A DNA stretch of 64,000 nt from NCBI RefSeq assembly GCF_018350175.1, contig NC_058368.1:154196001-154260000 (forward strand), written 5' to 3'. Both the position numbers and the translations under genes were made by a program. This document shows, piece after piece, positions 50,480-62,374 of the stretch. This stretch comes from Felis catus. Taxonomy: Eukaryota. Under the pieces are notes generated by a model. That model was not told the origin of the DNA. It was given only the letters and a program-made list of their open reading frames with translations, and did not search any database. Within the stretch, counting starts at the first letter, position 1, and every line of letters begins with the position of its first letter.

Positions 50480-50901
50480 TATTGAGCACCCCCAGCATTC
50501 ATTATGGCTTCATTAAACAATTCATGAATCAGGCAACATCCCACCTGCCAGATCCAGGGGGCTTTCTGAGGAGCTGTACAAAATGGAAAATTTTTATAGA
50601 AAGGGGGTGGATTAAGAAAGTTATTAGCATGAGTAAAGGATTGTTCCAGGTAAGATGGCTTTCCCCTAAGAGGAAGAACAGAGTTTATTATGCAGATTAT
50701 CTCATCTCCTTTATGGGGAAGGAGAAGGCACCTGTGGCACTTCATTGGCACTTACCAGAAAATTCCTGGAATTTCTGAAAATTCCACAAACTGCATTTCT
50801 GGGAGAGGTTGCAAATGCAATTAGATTAAGTATTAAGCCCTAGTTTGGGGATTCATCCTGAACGACGATTCTATTTTGATCTGGTGGTTTTCTTTTTAAC
50901 A
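50480..50901 (-). mobile_element. ERV1-class solo LTR
   Basis: Terminus TTTTTAACA (TGTTAAAAA on -); TTTTTATAG TATA-like motif; CAATTCATGAATCAGGCA motif typical of MER4-group LTRs. Confidence 0.6.
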
Positions 50902-50974
50902 ATGCATTGGTAATAAATTAGAGGTTAAATTGGAAATTAAAAAAAATAGTTTTAATCTATAAATAGCCATAAGA

Positions 50975-51288
50975 TGCCCACTATCTGTTAATATAAATCA
51001 CACATTTTTACATAAAAAAAAAGACTTATTTTTCACAGCCAAAATTTAGCAAGAGGAGTGCCATTGTTTTAAAGTTTTGCAGTTCTCTAAAGTCTGGCTT
51101 ACCAGAAGACAGCTGGATTCTATCTTTTTCTGCATTCATTCTGGTGTGATGTATTGCTTTAGTTGAAGTATTTACAGAAAATTCATTCTCACACAGGTAT
51201 GTGATCAGAAAAGGGAGTTTGTCATTGACTGTTCATAAGCTCTTAGAGACCACCGAGTGTTTTCTCACTACACTTTAAAAACTGCTGC
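50975..51288. mobile_element. hAT-Charlie (Charlie1-like) deletion derivative
   Basis: GTCTGGCTTACCAGAAGACAGCTGGATTCT...TCTGCATTCA and terminal ACACTTTAAAAACTGCTG. Confidence 0.7.
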
Positions 51289-52049
51289 TCCAGAAGAAGA
51301 CAACCAAAGGGATTAAAAATATTAGAGTTACACCATTTAACTCTTTATTTATACATGTTTTGATATAAGGGTAGGCATGAGGACTTTGATACTTTGGTTG
51401 ATGGAAATCATTTTACCCCAACCTTTACTTTTTTATGACTATCAGGGAACAGCTCTTTGATTCTGAGGAAAAATACAGTTTTTATATGAGAAAAGAGCTT
51501 TAAGTTGCCCCACTGAATTCAGAGTCACACTTTAAAATCTAATGCAATGTTAGGTAAATTTTACTTGCTCTTAAGGGATCTTTCTGAGAATCAAACAAAG
51601 TAGGCTGTTCTGAATAAAGAAAAGTCTATCTTTGTTATCCTTCAATTTGAAGAGAGGCCATCCAAAGTGGAGATACTGAGATATGGGAATTGAGATATTG
51701 CATAGCCCATTTACTAAGTGAGACATTTTGATTTAAAAACTGTGGCTCACTCAGAGGTCAATTCCAATGACTTTGATGTGAAGTAGATGACGTGGGAAAC
51801 AAAGGCGCAGGGAAATGTAGCTGAAATTAAATTTCCTTATAACCTGCAGCCCATTGACAAACACTTGAGGCAGCCCTAGTATAACATTTCTCCAGGAATT
51901 CCCTACTGTTTTAATGTTAATTCTTAGCTACAGGGGAAAACAACCTTAGCTTGACAATAGCTTGGTCTCCAGTATCCTGTGTCGTCTTTATCATATGAAA
52001 GTCCTTTCTTTACCTTCTCCTTGTCTTTACCTCTCCCAACTTTCAAGTA

Positions 52050-53061
52050 CAGTAAACCCTTGGATTGCAAATAAATTGTTCTGTGAGCAAGCATTTCTAA
52101 TGAATTTTAACTTAATAAATGAGCGTTGTCTTGCAATATGAGTAGTGTGTGACACCGAACGTCACATGATCACAACTGAGCCAATGATTCGTCTCTCTCT
52201 TTCCCTCACTCACTTGCTAAAGGATTATGGGTGATCATCTCCCACGCTCAGATGCTGGGTCTCAGGCCTTGGTGTATGGCAGAAATCAGTAATTTTTTTC
52301 GGAACGTTGGAAAGTGCCCACGACTGGCACTAGTGAAATTTTTGTCACTTCGAAACACCTATGGACAGTCCTTTGCTTTTCAATATAAGAGTAAGCTTAA
52401 GAATGTTTTGCTTCGGGGGTGCCTGGGTAACTCAGTCAGTAAAGAGTCTGACTTCGGCTCAGGTCATGATCTCACGGCTTGTAAGTTCCAGCCCGCATTG
52501 GGCTCTGTGCTGACAGCTCAGAGCCTGGAGCCTGCTTCTGATTCTGTGTCCCTCTCTTGCTCTGCCCCTCCTCCACTTGTGCTGTCTCTCTCTCTCTCTC
52601 TGTCTCAAGAATAAATAAAACATTAAAAAAAAAGAATGTTTTGCTTCATTCTAGGTCAGGCTGCCTGCAGATATAGACCATTTCCTCTGCTGCCTTATTG
52701 CCAGTTACATTAAATACAGTATATGACAAGAGTTTATTAATATTGTACTGTAGTCAACATCTGTTAGTGATAGTGAAAGTCTTACTACACAATAACCCTC
52801 CTCTCTCTTGTCTCTCTCACACCAGCCATGAAGGTTTACAAAGTAAGTGAAGGCTAATTTATTTTTCTTTATCTTTTGTATTTCCTTTGTTATTTCATAT
52901 TATAGTATTGTAATCATTTTTATATGAATATTTTTGAGTTGTGGAATGAATCATTTGAGTTCCTTTTATTTCTTAAGGGGAAATTCACTTTGATATACAA
53001 GTGCTTTCGATTACAAGCACGTTTCTGGGACAAATTATGTTGGCAAACCAAGGTTTTACTG
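52050..53061. mobile_element. Non-autonomous TcMar-Tigger/pogo-like DNA transposon
   Basis: TIRs CAGTAAACCCTTGG and CCAAGGTTTTACTG; TA on the left, TG (mutated TA) on the right; about 780 bp excluding the SINE. Confidence 0.85.
52415..52631 (+). mobile_element. CanSINE (SINEC_Fc2-like) inside the DNA transposon
   Basis: Perfect 16-bp TSD AAGAATGTTTTGCTTC at 52399-52414 and 52632-52647. Confidence 0.96.
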
Positions 53062-53369
53062 TGAGGAGTCTGTCCTCACAATCGCAGGGCAGCTCTTCCC
53101 GCCAAAGGGTTCTGTCCCTGTGCTTTAATAAAATCACCTCTTTGCACTGAAGATGTCTCAAGAATTCTTTCTTGGCCATCGACTCCAGACCCCACCACCA
53201 CTCCAAACACCACATCAACAGAAATTAACGATTGGTCTATTGCTTGTAGATGGAGTAGGTGGTGGACACCTACATGTCTGATAAAACAGAGAATATTGGG
53301 TTGAATTCTGACGCTGTAAACATCAGAGGCTAATGTGACACTGTATTTGATCTCTTTACCGATGATATC

Positions 53370-53540
53370 TCCTCTGCCCTCACAACTACCTGGAAATGAA
53401 TGTGTTATTATTTTACACTGATTATACAGATAAGGAATTTGAGATCTTCCAAAGTCAAATATCTCCCACCAAATACCTGAGCTGGTAAGCGGCAGGACTT
53501 GAAATTGTTCCCACAGCTGTCTGACTTTGAACCCCATGTT
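53370..53540 (-). mobile_element. MIR
   Basis: TTATACAGATAAGGAATTTGAG...GAGCTGGTAAGCGGCAG...GTCTGACTTTGAACCC. Confidence 0.65.
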
Positions 53541-53786
53541 TTTTTTTTATCCCAGATCATTTTGAAAGATCTTTAGGAAGAAATGATTTCCTATTTTTAA
53601 GAATTTATTAAAGTGGGGGGTGGGGGGGTAAGAGCAAGTCAGGTGTCCACAATGCAAGTGTAAGTCTTGTCACAGAGGTTCAAAAACAGAGCTACCTGGG
53701 TAGCTGCTTGGGCCATAACCTGTGCTCTGGAAGAAAGGCTTTTATGACTGTGAGGCCAATTTGGCAATTAAGATACTTTGAAATTA

Positions 53787-54008
53787 GGGGCACCTGGGGG
53801 GCTAAGTCGGTTTATGTGTCCAATTCTTGGATTTCAGCTGGGTCATGATCTCAAAGTTTCAGTGAGTTCGAACCCTACGCTGGGCTCTGCCCTGTCAGCA
53901 CTTAGCCTGCTTGGGATTCTCTCTTTCTCCCTCTCTCTGCCCCTCCCCCACTTGTACTGTCTCTGTCTCAAAATAAACTTAAAAATGTTTAAAAATTAAA
54001 AAAAAATT
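53787..54008 (+). mobile_element. Older CanSINE
   Basis: GGGGCACCTGGGGGGCTAAGTCGG head, CT tract, A tail; degenerate TSD ATAC(T/A)TTGAAA. Confidence 0.9.
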
Positions 54009-54446
54009 AAAAATACATTGAAAATGGAAGATTGATGGTTTACAGGTGATTATGGGGTGATGATCAGATTGATTAGTTAGTAGCCTGTGTAGGTTGGATC
54101 TAAACCTCACCTGTATACTTTCTATAAATTTGTGGGAAGAACCCTGTTTTGATCTTGTGAGGAAAAACCAAGAGTAAAGGCTAGAGTAAAAGATAATCAA
54201 TTCTCTTGGCAAGTATGGGTGAGTATGGAGATATAGGAACAAAAACCATGCCTTCTCTGTATTTAAAGACAAATTCAGTGTCTCTCTGAGCTCTAGAACT
54301 TATTATAAATTTTAACAATGTGCCTACTTTAATGTGTCTTTGTGACTATGTCAACTTATGGTTCTGTAGTGATTCAGACGTACCAGATTTTACTCCCATA
54401 TTCCCTGCTTAGCATAGAGTAGACGATTTGAAACAGAAGCATATAA

Positions 54447-54449
<3 letters not shown>

Positions 54450-54492
<43 letters not shown>
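54450..54492. repeat. (AC)n microsatellite
   Basis: Direct reading. Confidence 0.97.
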
Positions 54493-54497
<5 letters not shown>

Positions 54498-55211
54498 AAA
54501 CACAGACTTAAGGATTTGGAAGAAAATTCTTTCTAACAGCATTACGACAGAAACAGAAAGGCCACTTTGTCTCATAGTACTAATAACATACCTGCTCTGG
54601 TTGTCCTGTCCTCTGTTCTAGACAACTAATTTGAGATGACATAACCTAAGAACTTTTTAGATGATGTAACCTAAGTCTTGGGGGAAAGAGTATCAGTTGA
54701 TTTTTCTTTGCCCCTTTTAACAGAAGAATGGGTATTGATATTCTGCAAAGTTAATTTAAGCTATTTATCAGTGATGTCCCCCATTCTAACCAGAAATTCT
54801 TAGTATCATTAGTTCCTTCCTTCCTTTCTGATTTTCCTTCCTACCATCTTTCATCCTGTCTCATTTTTTTTTTCTAAATAATATTATCATTATGGGAGCC
54901 TTTGGCCCAGGATCAAAGTTGGGAGTGGTAATACTTTCCATTTTCTTTTTTGTAATTTTCTGATTTCTTAATAAATGGCTTAGGAACCTTAGAGTGTCGA
55001 ACAGGAAATTAGTATTATGAACATAAAATAAACATTTAGAAAAAAATAAGTACCTGGATAAATCACAGGTGATCATTTAGGGAATTGAATACTGAACAGT
55101 TTTCCTGGAAATGTTTTTCTCTCCCTGATAAAATGAGCACTTTAAAGATGTTTTCTGAAAATCATGACAAATTTTTATTTCTGGAGCCTATCCATATTTC
55201 CATAATTGCAG

Positions 55212-55213
<2 letters not shown>

Positions 55214-55261
<48 letters not shown>
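55214..55261. repeat. (AC)n microsatellite
   Basis: Direct reading. Confidence 0.97.
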
Positions 55262-55263
<2 letters not shown>

Positions 55264-56689
55264 ATGAACCCTCTCCTAAGTTAAATATACATATGTATAT
55301 TATTAATATCAGTAGAAGGAGGTACAGGAAGCATGTTTCCCATGTGTTCTATCACAGAATGTTTGAATATTATACAACAATCACTTCTTTCCTCCATCAA
55401 GAAAGCGTTCTAGAGAGATGGGATAAAAAAAAAACAGTTAAACTGTGAAAGTCATTCACTTTGAAACTTGATTCCATGTAGTTTAAAAATGCCTACCAAG
55501 TTTATATCTTAATATATATCAGTATATATATTTTGATATATTGTAACAGTAGTATGGGAAAATGAAGAGCCATCTTTCAGTAATATTTTTAGGATGTTTA
55601 GTTAGAAGAATTTCTTAATTTTCAACACATAGAAAATACCCTTGGCCAGTTCTAGATAAAACTTTTTAACATTTGGTCTCAGTTGCACATGATCTAAGGA
55701 ACAAAAACCAGTTACTTAATGGCTTAATACAAGTATAACAGTTTTATTTTCTCTCCAAACTAGATTACTATGGTATTGCCATTTTTATGTAACTTTTTAA
55801 AAGAAATGATCAAGAGTATGATTTCTTCTTTATTTCTAGTCTGCATTTTCATTTATTTACTTTTTAAGATGGCTCATTACAATGACAACTTTTTAAAAAA
55901 TTAAAGAGCTATGGATGGCTAGAGACATGAGTATATGACTTGGAAATATTATGAGGGATCTTGAACCTTGGCTGTGCTTTATTGATTTAGTCACAAGGCA
56001 CTGAAGCACATAGTACCCTTTGTACTGTAAGAAGTTGAAAAGCTTTTCCTGTGCAGTTAAGGTTGCAACTTTACCCCCAATCAATATTTAGTTAGCAGCT
56101 CACAGAAATGGTGGTAAACTTCGTTCTACACCAGTATTTTAGGTAATAAAATATTAAATCATTTCTTGAAATATAACAAGATTTCTGCTTGAGATTTAAT
56201 GTGACAAGATAGTATTTTATACTGTTTTTATTAGCAGTATAACAAATGGTGAGTAATAAATTCAGATATAGTGCAGACACACTCAGACTGTCAGAAGTAC
56301 TGGGGTGGCTTTGTCTGGCTATTAGAGCACAAAACCAGTAGGTAGAATACGCAGAGAAATTGTTTTTGTTCTTGGGCTTGACAACAAATGACAAATATTT
56401 TAGGGTATTACTTCATAATTATTTTTTGTGTGGTATTGTTACTACTCATATAAATCACATATTCCAGGATATTCAATTGTAACATAAAATACATGTAAAT
56501 GATTTTCAGTTTCTATAGAAATTAGATAATTTCTAATATTCTCACATGTCATTATTTAACTGTAGATACTTTGGAGAGAGAGACACCTTATTATATACAT
56601 CCTCTTATTTGACATGGTACCTAGAAAATATTATGTATTTGTATTTATTGACTAGCAAATATTTGGTACTCAACTGTTAGCTGAAAACA

Positions 56690-56830
56690 TGGGAAGCAGA
56701 GAACTTCTAACGATGGTGGAATTAGATCTGTATTAGGATTCTATAATTGCCACTCACTGGTTATGTATGTTTGAGTAAGTTGCTTAAAGCCTCTGGACCC
56801 TCAGTTCTCTCCTCCATAAAATCAGGCAAG
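56690..56830 (+). mobile_element. MIR fragment
   Basis: TTGAGTAAGTTGCTTAAAGCCTCTGGACCCTCAGTTCTCTCCTCCATAAAAT core. Confidence 0.7.
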
Positions 56831-57352
56831 ATTTTTTGAATCTACACTTAAATACTAGCAGTATTTTCCACAAAGATGGTAAAATGGCCAGGTTTAAATT
56901 CGTTCCATTTCAAGACACCTTAAAATGAGAACAAATAAAATGGGGGAGTAGGAAAAGGTACTGTTACAAATCTTGTATTCTGGATTATTATGTGTGCATC
57001 CTTGGCTATTTAAAGGAAAGTGCACTGACATATGAAAACTACTGCAAAATGTACCCCCCTCCCCCCCCCAAAAAAAAAAGATAACCACACACATTTTATA
57101 CTCTTGTAGGCTGAATCTCAGAAGTAGTCATTTATCTTCAGGACACATATTTGCGTATTCTGATCTAGATAATTTAGATTAAAAACTCTTAGAGAAACTA
57201 GAATAGTTGGTGCTGCTTATAGTAAAAGCCCTCTCCCCATCGGGCAATTGAATGTTACAGAATAACGATTCTGTGTACAATTCACACCAATGGAAACCTG
57301 CCACTTTTCACCCAGAGCTAGTAGTTAAACCTCTATTGCTCATTTTAAATAT

Positions 57353-58030
57353 TGTATTAGTTTCTGCAATTAAATGAATATTTATTGGCCCCCATTTATA
57401 TATTGAAATCCTAACCCCCAATGTGATGGCCTAAGGAGGTAATGTTTTGGGAGGTGACTAGGTTATGAGGGTGGAGTTCTCATAAATGCAGTTAGTCCCA
57501 TTATAAAAGAGACCCCTTTGCAACATGGAAAAGGATGGGTCCTCACCCAAATCCAACCATGCTGGCACCAGACCTTGGACTTTCAAACTCTGAAACAATG
57601 AGAAATAAATTTTTGTTGGTTATAAGCCACTCAGTCTATGGTATTTTGTTATGGAGCCCAAACTGATTACTCCTTTTTCTAGGAAGGCTATAACAAATTA
57701 CCATAAACTGAGTTGGTTAAAACAGTAGAAATTAATTTTCTTCCACTTCTGGGGTCCAAAAGTCTGAAATCAAAATACCAGCAGTTCTATGCTTTCTTCA
57801 AAGACTCTCGAGGAGAATCTTTGCTTGATTCTTGCAGCTTGTGGTGGCTTCAGGTGTTCATGGACTTGTGGCTGCTTAACTCACATGCCTGCCTCTATTT
57901 GCATGAGTTTTTCCTCCTCTGTATGTCTCAAGTTTCCCTTTCCTTTTTCTTATAAGAACACGATTCACACTACTTAGGGCCCACCTGGATAATCTGGAAT
58001 GATTATCTCAAAATCCTTAATTACATCTGT
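57353..58030 (-). mobile_element. MaLR LTR (MLT1C-like) interrupted 12 bp from its end
   Basis: TGTATTAGTTTC at 57353 continues as TAGGAAGGCTATAACAAATTACCATAAACT at ~57680. Confidence 0.75.
57365..57673 (+). mobile_element. MaLR solo LTR (MLT1A-like)
   Basis: TTGAAATCCTAACCCCCAATGTGATGG...TTATAAAAGAGACC...GAGAAATAAATTTTTGTTGGTTATAAGCCACTCAGTCTATGGTATTTTGTTAT. Confidence 0.85.
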
Positions 58031-58074
58031 AGTGAAAGATGAATGAAAATAGAAATAGGATGACATAATATGCT

Positions 58075-61000
58075 TTTCTTAAGTTTTTAAGTTTAAATTC
58101 CAGTATAGTTAACATACAGTGTTATATAAGTTTCAAGTGTACAGTGTAGTGATTCAACAATTCTAAATATTACTGAGTGCTCATCATGATAAGCGTATTC
58201 TTAATCCCCATCACCTATTTTACCCATCCCCCAACCTACCTATCCCTGGTAGCCATTATTTTATTCTCTATACTTAAGAGTCTGTTTTCTTGGTTTGTTT
58301 CTCTCTCTCTTTTTCTTTTGTTCAGTTTTTTTGTTTCTTGAACTCTACATATGAGTAAAATCATACAGTATTTGTCTCTGACAGATTCAACTTAGCATAA
58401 TACTCTTTAACTCCATCCCTGTTGTTGCAAATGGAAAGATTCCATTATTTTTAAAGGCTGAATAATATTCTTGCGTGTGTACACATGTGAGCATGTGTCC
58501 ATGAATTCATCTATGGATGGATACTTGGGCTGCCTCCATAATTTAGCTATTGTAAATAGTGCTGCAGTAACATAGGGATGCATATACCCTTTCAAATTAG
58601 TGTTCTTATATTCTTTGAACAGTACTTAGTAGTATGATTACTGTATCATAGAGTAGTTGTATGTTTAAATTTTTGAGGAATCTACGTTCTGTTTTCCACA
58701 GTGGCTGCACCAGCTTGCAATCCCACCAAGAGTAGAAGAGGGTTCCGTTTTCTCCACTTCATCACCAACACTAGCTGTTATTTGTATTTTTGATTTTAGC
58801 CATTCTGACAGGTGTGAGGTGATGGGTCATTGTAGTTTAGATTTACATTTCCCAGATAAGGAATGCTGTATCCTATATCTGTTAGCCAGGTAGATGTCTT
58901 CTGTGGAGAAATGTCTGTTCATGTCTTTTGCCTATTTTTTTTTATTGGATTATTTGTTTTTTGGGTGTTGAGTTGTATCAGTTCTTTATATATTTTGGAT
59001 ACTAACCCTTTCTTAGCTATGTCATTTGTAAATATTTTTTTCCATTCTGTAGGTTGTCTTTTAGTTTTGTTGATTGTTTCTTTCACTGAACAGAAGCTTT
59101 TTATTTTTTATTATTTTATTATTATTTTTTAATGTTTATTATTATTTTTTTTTTGAGAGAGAGAGATGGAGACAGAATGCGAGTGGGTTAGGGGCAGAGA
59201 GAGAGGGAGACACAGAATCCGAAGCAGGCTCCAGGCTCCTAGCTGTCAGCACAGATCCTGATGTGGGGCTCGAACTCAAGAGCGGTGAGATCATGATCTG
59301 AGCTGAAGTCAGACGCCCAACTGACTGAGCCACCCAGGTGCCCCAACTTTTTATTTTGATGTAATCCCAATACATCAAATCCCAGTTTATTTTTGCTTTC
59401 ATTTCCCTTGCCTCAGGAGACATATCTAGAAAACTGTTGCTATGGACAATGTCAGAGAAATTACTGCCTGTGCTCTCTCCTAGGATTTTTATGGTTTCAT
59501 ATATCACAGTTAGGCCTTTAATCCATTTTGAATTTATTTGGTATATGGTATAATAAAGTGGTACAGTTTTATTCTTTTCTATGTACCTGTCCAGTTTTTC
59601 TGACACCATTTGATTTTTTTCCTATTTCATATTTTTGCTTCTCTTGTCAAGGATTAACTGACCATATAATTGTTGGTTTGTTTCTGGGATTTCTATCTTA
59701 TTCTATTGATATGTATGTCTATAACCATACTGTTTTCATTAGTATAGCTTTGTACTATAACTTGGAATCTGGAATTGTGGTATCTCCAGTTTTGTTTTTC
59801 CTTTTCAAGATTGTTTTTGGCTATTCATGGATTTACTTTTAGGATTATTGGTTCTAGTTTTGTGAAAAATGCTTTTTGTATTTTGATAGGAATTGCATCA
59901 AATGTGTAGTTTGCGTTGAGTAGTATGAACATTTTAACAATATTTGTTCTTCAAATCCGTGGCCATGGAAATTCTTCCCCTTTATCTGTGTCATCTTCAA
60001 TTTCTTTTGTCAGTATTTTATAGTTTTGTGAGTACAGATCTTTTGCCTCTTTGGTTAACTTTATTCCTAGGTGTTTTTTTCTTTTTGGTGCAATTGTAAA
60101 TGGGATTGCTTTCTTAGTATCTCCTTCTGTTGTTTGGTTTTTAGCGTATAGAAATGCAATAGAGTTTTGTATATCGATTTTGTATCCTATGATCTTACTG
60201 ACTTCATTTATCTCTTCTTGTGGTTTTTTGGTGGATCTTCAGGGTTTTCCATACATAGCATTATGTTATCTACAAATAATGAAAGTTTTACTTCTTCCTT
60301 ACCGATTTGGAATTCTTTTATTCCTGTTTGTTGTCTGCCTGCTGTAGTTAGGACTTCCAGTACTAGATTGAATAAAAGTGGTGAGAATGGATCTCCTGGT
60401 CTTTTCCTGATCTTCGGGGAAAAGCTCTCAGCTTTTCACCTTTAAGTATGATGGTCACAGTGGATTTTTCATATATGTCCTTTATTATGTTGTGGTATGT
60501 TCTCTCTAAACCTGCGTTGAGGAGTGTTTTTATCATCAACAGTTATTGTACTGTGTCAAATGCTTTTTCTGCATCTATTGAAATAATCGTGTGGTTCTTA
60601 GGCTTCTCTTCTGGATGTGTATTACATTTATTGATTTGGCAAATACTGAACCACTATTCATCCTGACACTAAATCGTACTTGATAGTGGTGAATGATTTT
60701 TTTTAAATCTATTGTTGGATTCAGTTTGCTAATATTTGTTGAAGTATCTATGTTCATCAGAGGTCATAGATTGCAGGTCTCTTTTTTTTTATAGTTTTTT
60801 AATCTGGCTTTGTTATCAGGGTAATGCAGGCCTTATAGAAGGAATTTGGAAGATTTCCTTCCTTTTCTGTTTTTGGAATAGTTTGAGAAGAATAGGTCTT
60901 AACTCTTCTTTAAATGTTTGATACAGTTTGCCTGTAAAGCTGTCTGATCCTAGACTTTTGTTTGTTGGGTGTTTTTTGATTAGCTCAATTTCATTGCTGT

Positions 61001-62360
61001 AATCAGTCTGTTCACATTTTCTATTTCTTTCTGATTGAATTTTCAGGTTTTCTGTTTCCAGGGAATTTATCCATTTCTTATAGGTGGTCCAGTTTCTTGG
61101 CATATAATTTTTCATAATACTCTCTTAAAAGTGTTTGCATTTCTATGATGTTGGTTGTTATTTCTACTCTTTCATTTCTGACTTTATTTGAGTCCTCTCT
61201 CTCCTTTTTTTGATGAGTTTGGTTGAAGGTTTATCAATTTTGTTGATCTTTTCAGAGAAACAGCTCCAGGTTTTTTTGATCTGTTCCATTCTTTTGTTAG
61301 TCTCTATTTTGTTTATTTATGCTCTAATCTTTATTATTTCCTTTGTTATGCTTGTTTGGTGTTTCATTTGTGCTTTCTCTAGCTTCTTTAAGTGTAAGGT
61401 TTAGGTTATTTATTTGAAAATTTTCTTGTACTTGAGATAGCCTGTATTGCTATAGACCTCCCTCTAGAACAACTTTTGTCGTATCCAAAGGTTTTGGACC
61501 ATTGTATTTTCATTTTCATTTGTCTCCATATAGCTTTTGATTTCCTCTTTGACGTTTTGGTTGACCCAGTCATTGTTAAATAGCATGTTTAACCTCCATG
61601 TATTTGTAGGCTTTCTTGATTTTTTTCTTGTGATTGATTTCTAGTTTCAAAGCCTTGTGATCAGAAATGATACATGGAATGACTTTGATCTTTTTTGAAT
61701 TTGTTGAGACTTGTTTTCTAGCCTAATATGGGATCTCTTTTGGAGAATGTTTCATGTGATCTTGAAAAAAGTGTATATTCTCTTTTAGGACGGAATGAAT
61801 GTTCTGAATATATGTTTTAATAAATCTGGTCCTATGTGTCACTCAAAGTGTCTGTTTCCTTATTGATTTTATGTTTGGATGATCTACCCACTGAAGTAGT
61901 GGAATGTTAAAGTCCCATACTGTTAATGTATTACTATTGATTGGTTCCTTTGTATTTGTTACTAACTGCTTCAAGTATTTGGGTGTTCCCATGTTGTGTG
62001 CAGAAATACTTATAATTGTTATATTTTCTTGTTAGATTATCTCCTGAATGATTATATGGTGTTCTCCTTTGTCTCTTGTTACAGTCTTTGTTTTAAAATC
62101 TATTCTGTATGATATAGCATAATAAATGCATCTCCATAACTTCACTTCCAATCTGCTTGTGTCTTTATGTCTGAAATGGGTCTCTTGTTGGTGGCATAAG
62201 ATGGATCTTTTATCTATTTCTTTACACACTGTCTTTCGACTGGAGCATTTAGTCCATTTACCTTTTAAAGTAATTATTGATACGTATGCATTTACTGCCA
62301 TTTTGTTACTTGTTTTATGGTTGTTTTTCTCTGTTCCTTTCTTCTCTTGCTATCTGTTGT
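58075..62360 (-). mobile_element. Decayed carnivore LINE-1 (L1_Carn-like) truncated just upstream of ORF2
   Basis: 3'UTR at ~58090-58330; ORF2 fragments ([25 protein letters not shown]); ORF2 start MAVNAYVSIITL at 62301. Confidence 0.9.
59108..59344 (-). mobile_element. CanSINE (SINEC_Fc2-like) in L1 ORF2
   Basis: TSD A(G/A)CTTTTTATTTT at 59095-59107 and 59345-59357. Confidence 0.93.
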
Positions 62361-62374
62361 CTCTTTATGTCATT

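Larger units (their letters stand above)
51788..53217 (+). mobile_element. Carnivore ERV1-type solo LTR split into 51788-52049 and 53062-53217
   Basis: Termini TGACGTGG...CCACATCA are inverted repeats; AATAAA at ~53127; sequence is continuous across the inserted transposon. Confidence 0.8.

Noticed and set aside
53076..53537. 153-aa - strand ORF
   Set aside because: It runs across a MIR and an LTR end, and I recognise no protein similarity
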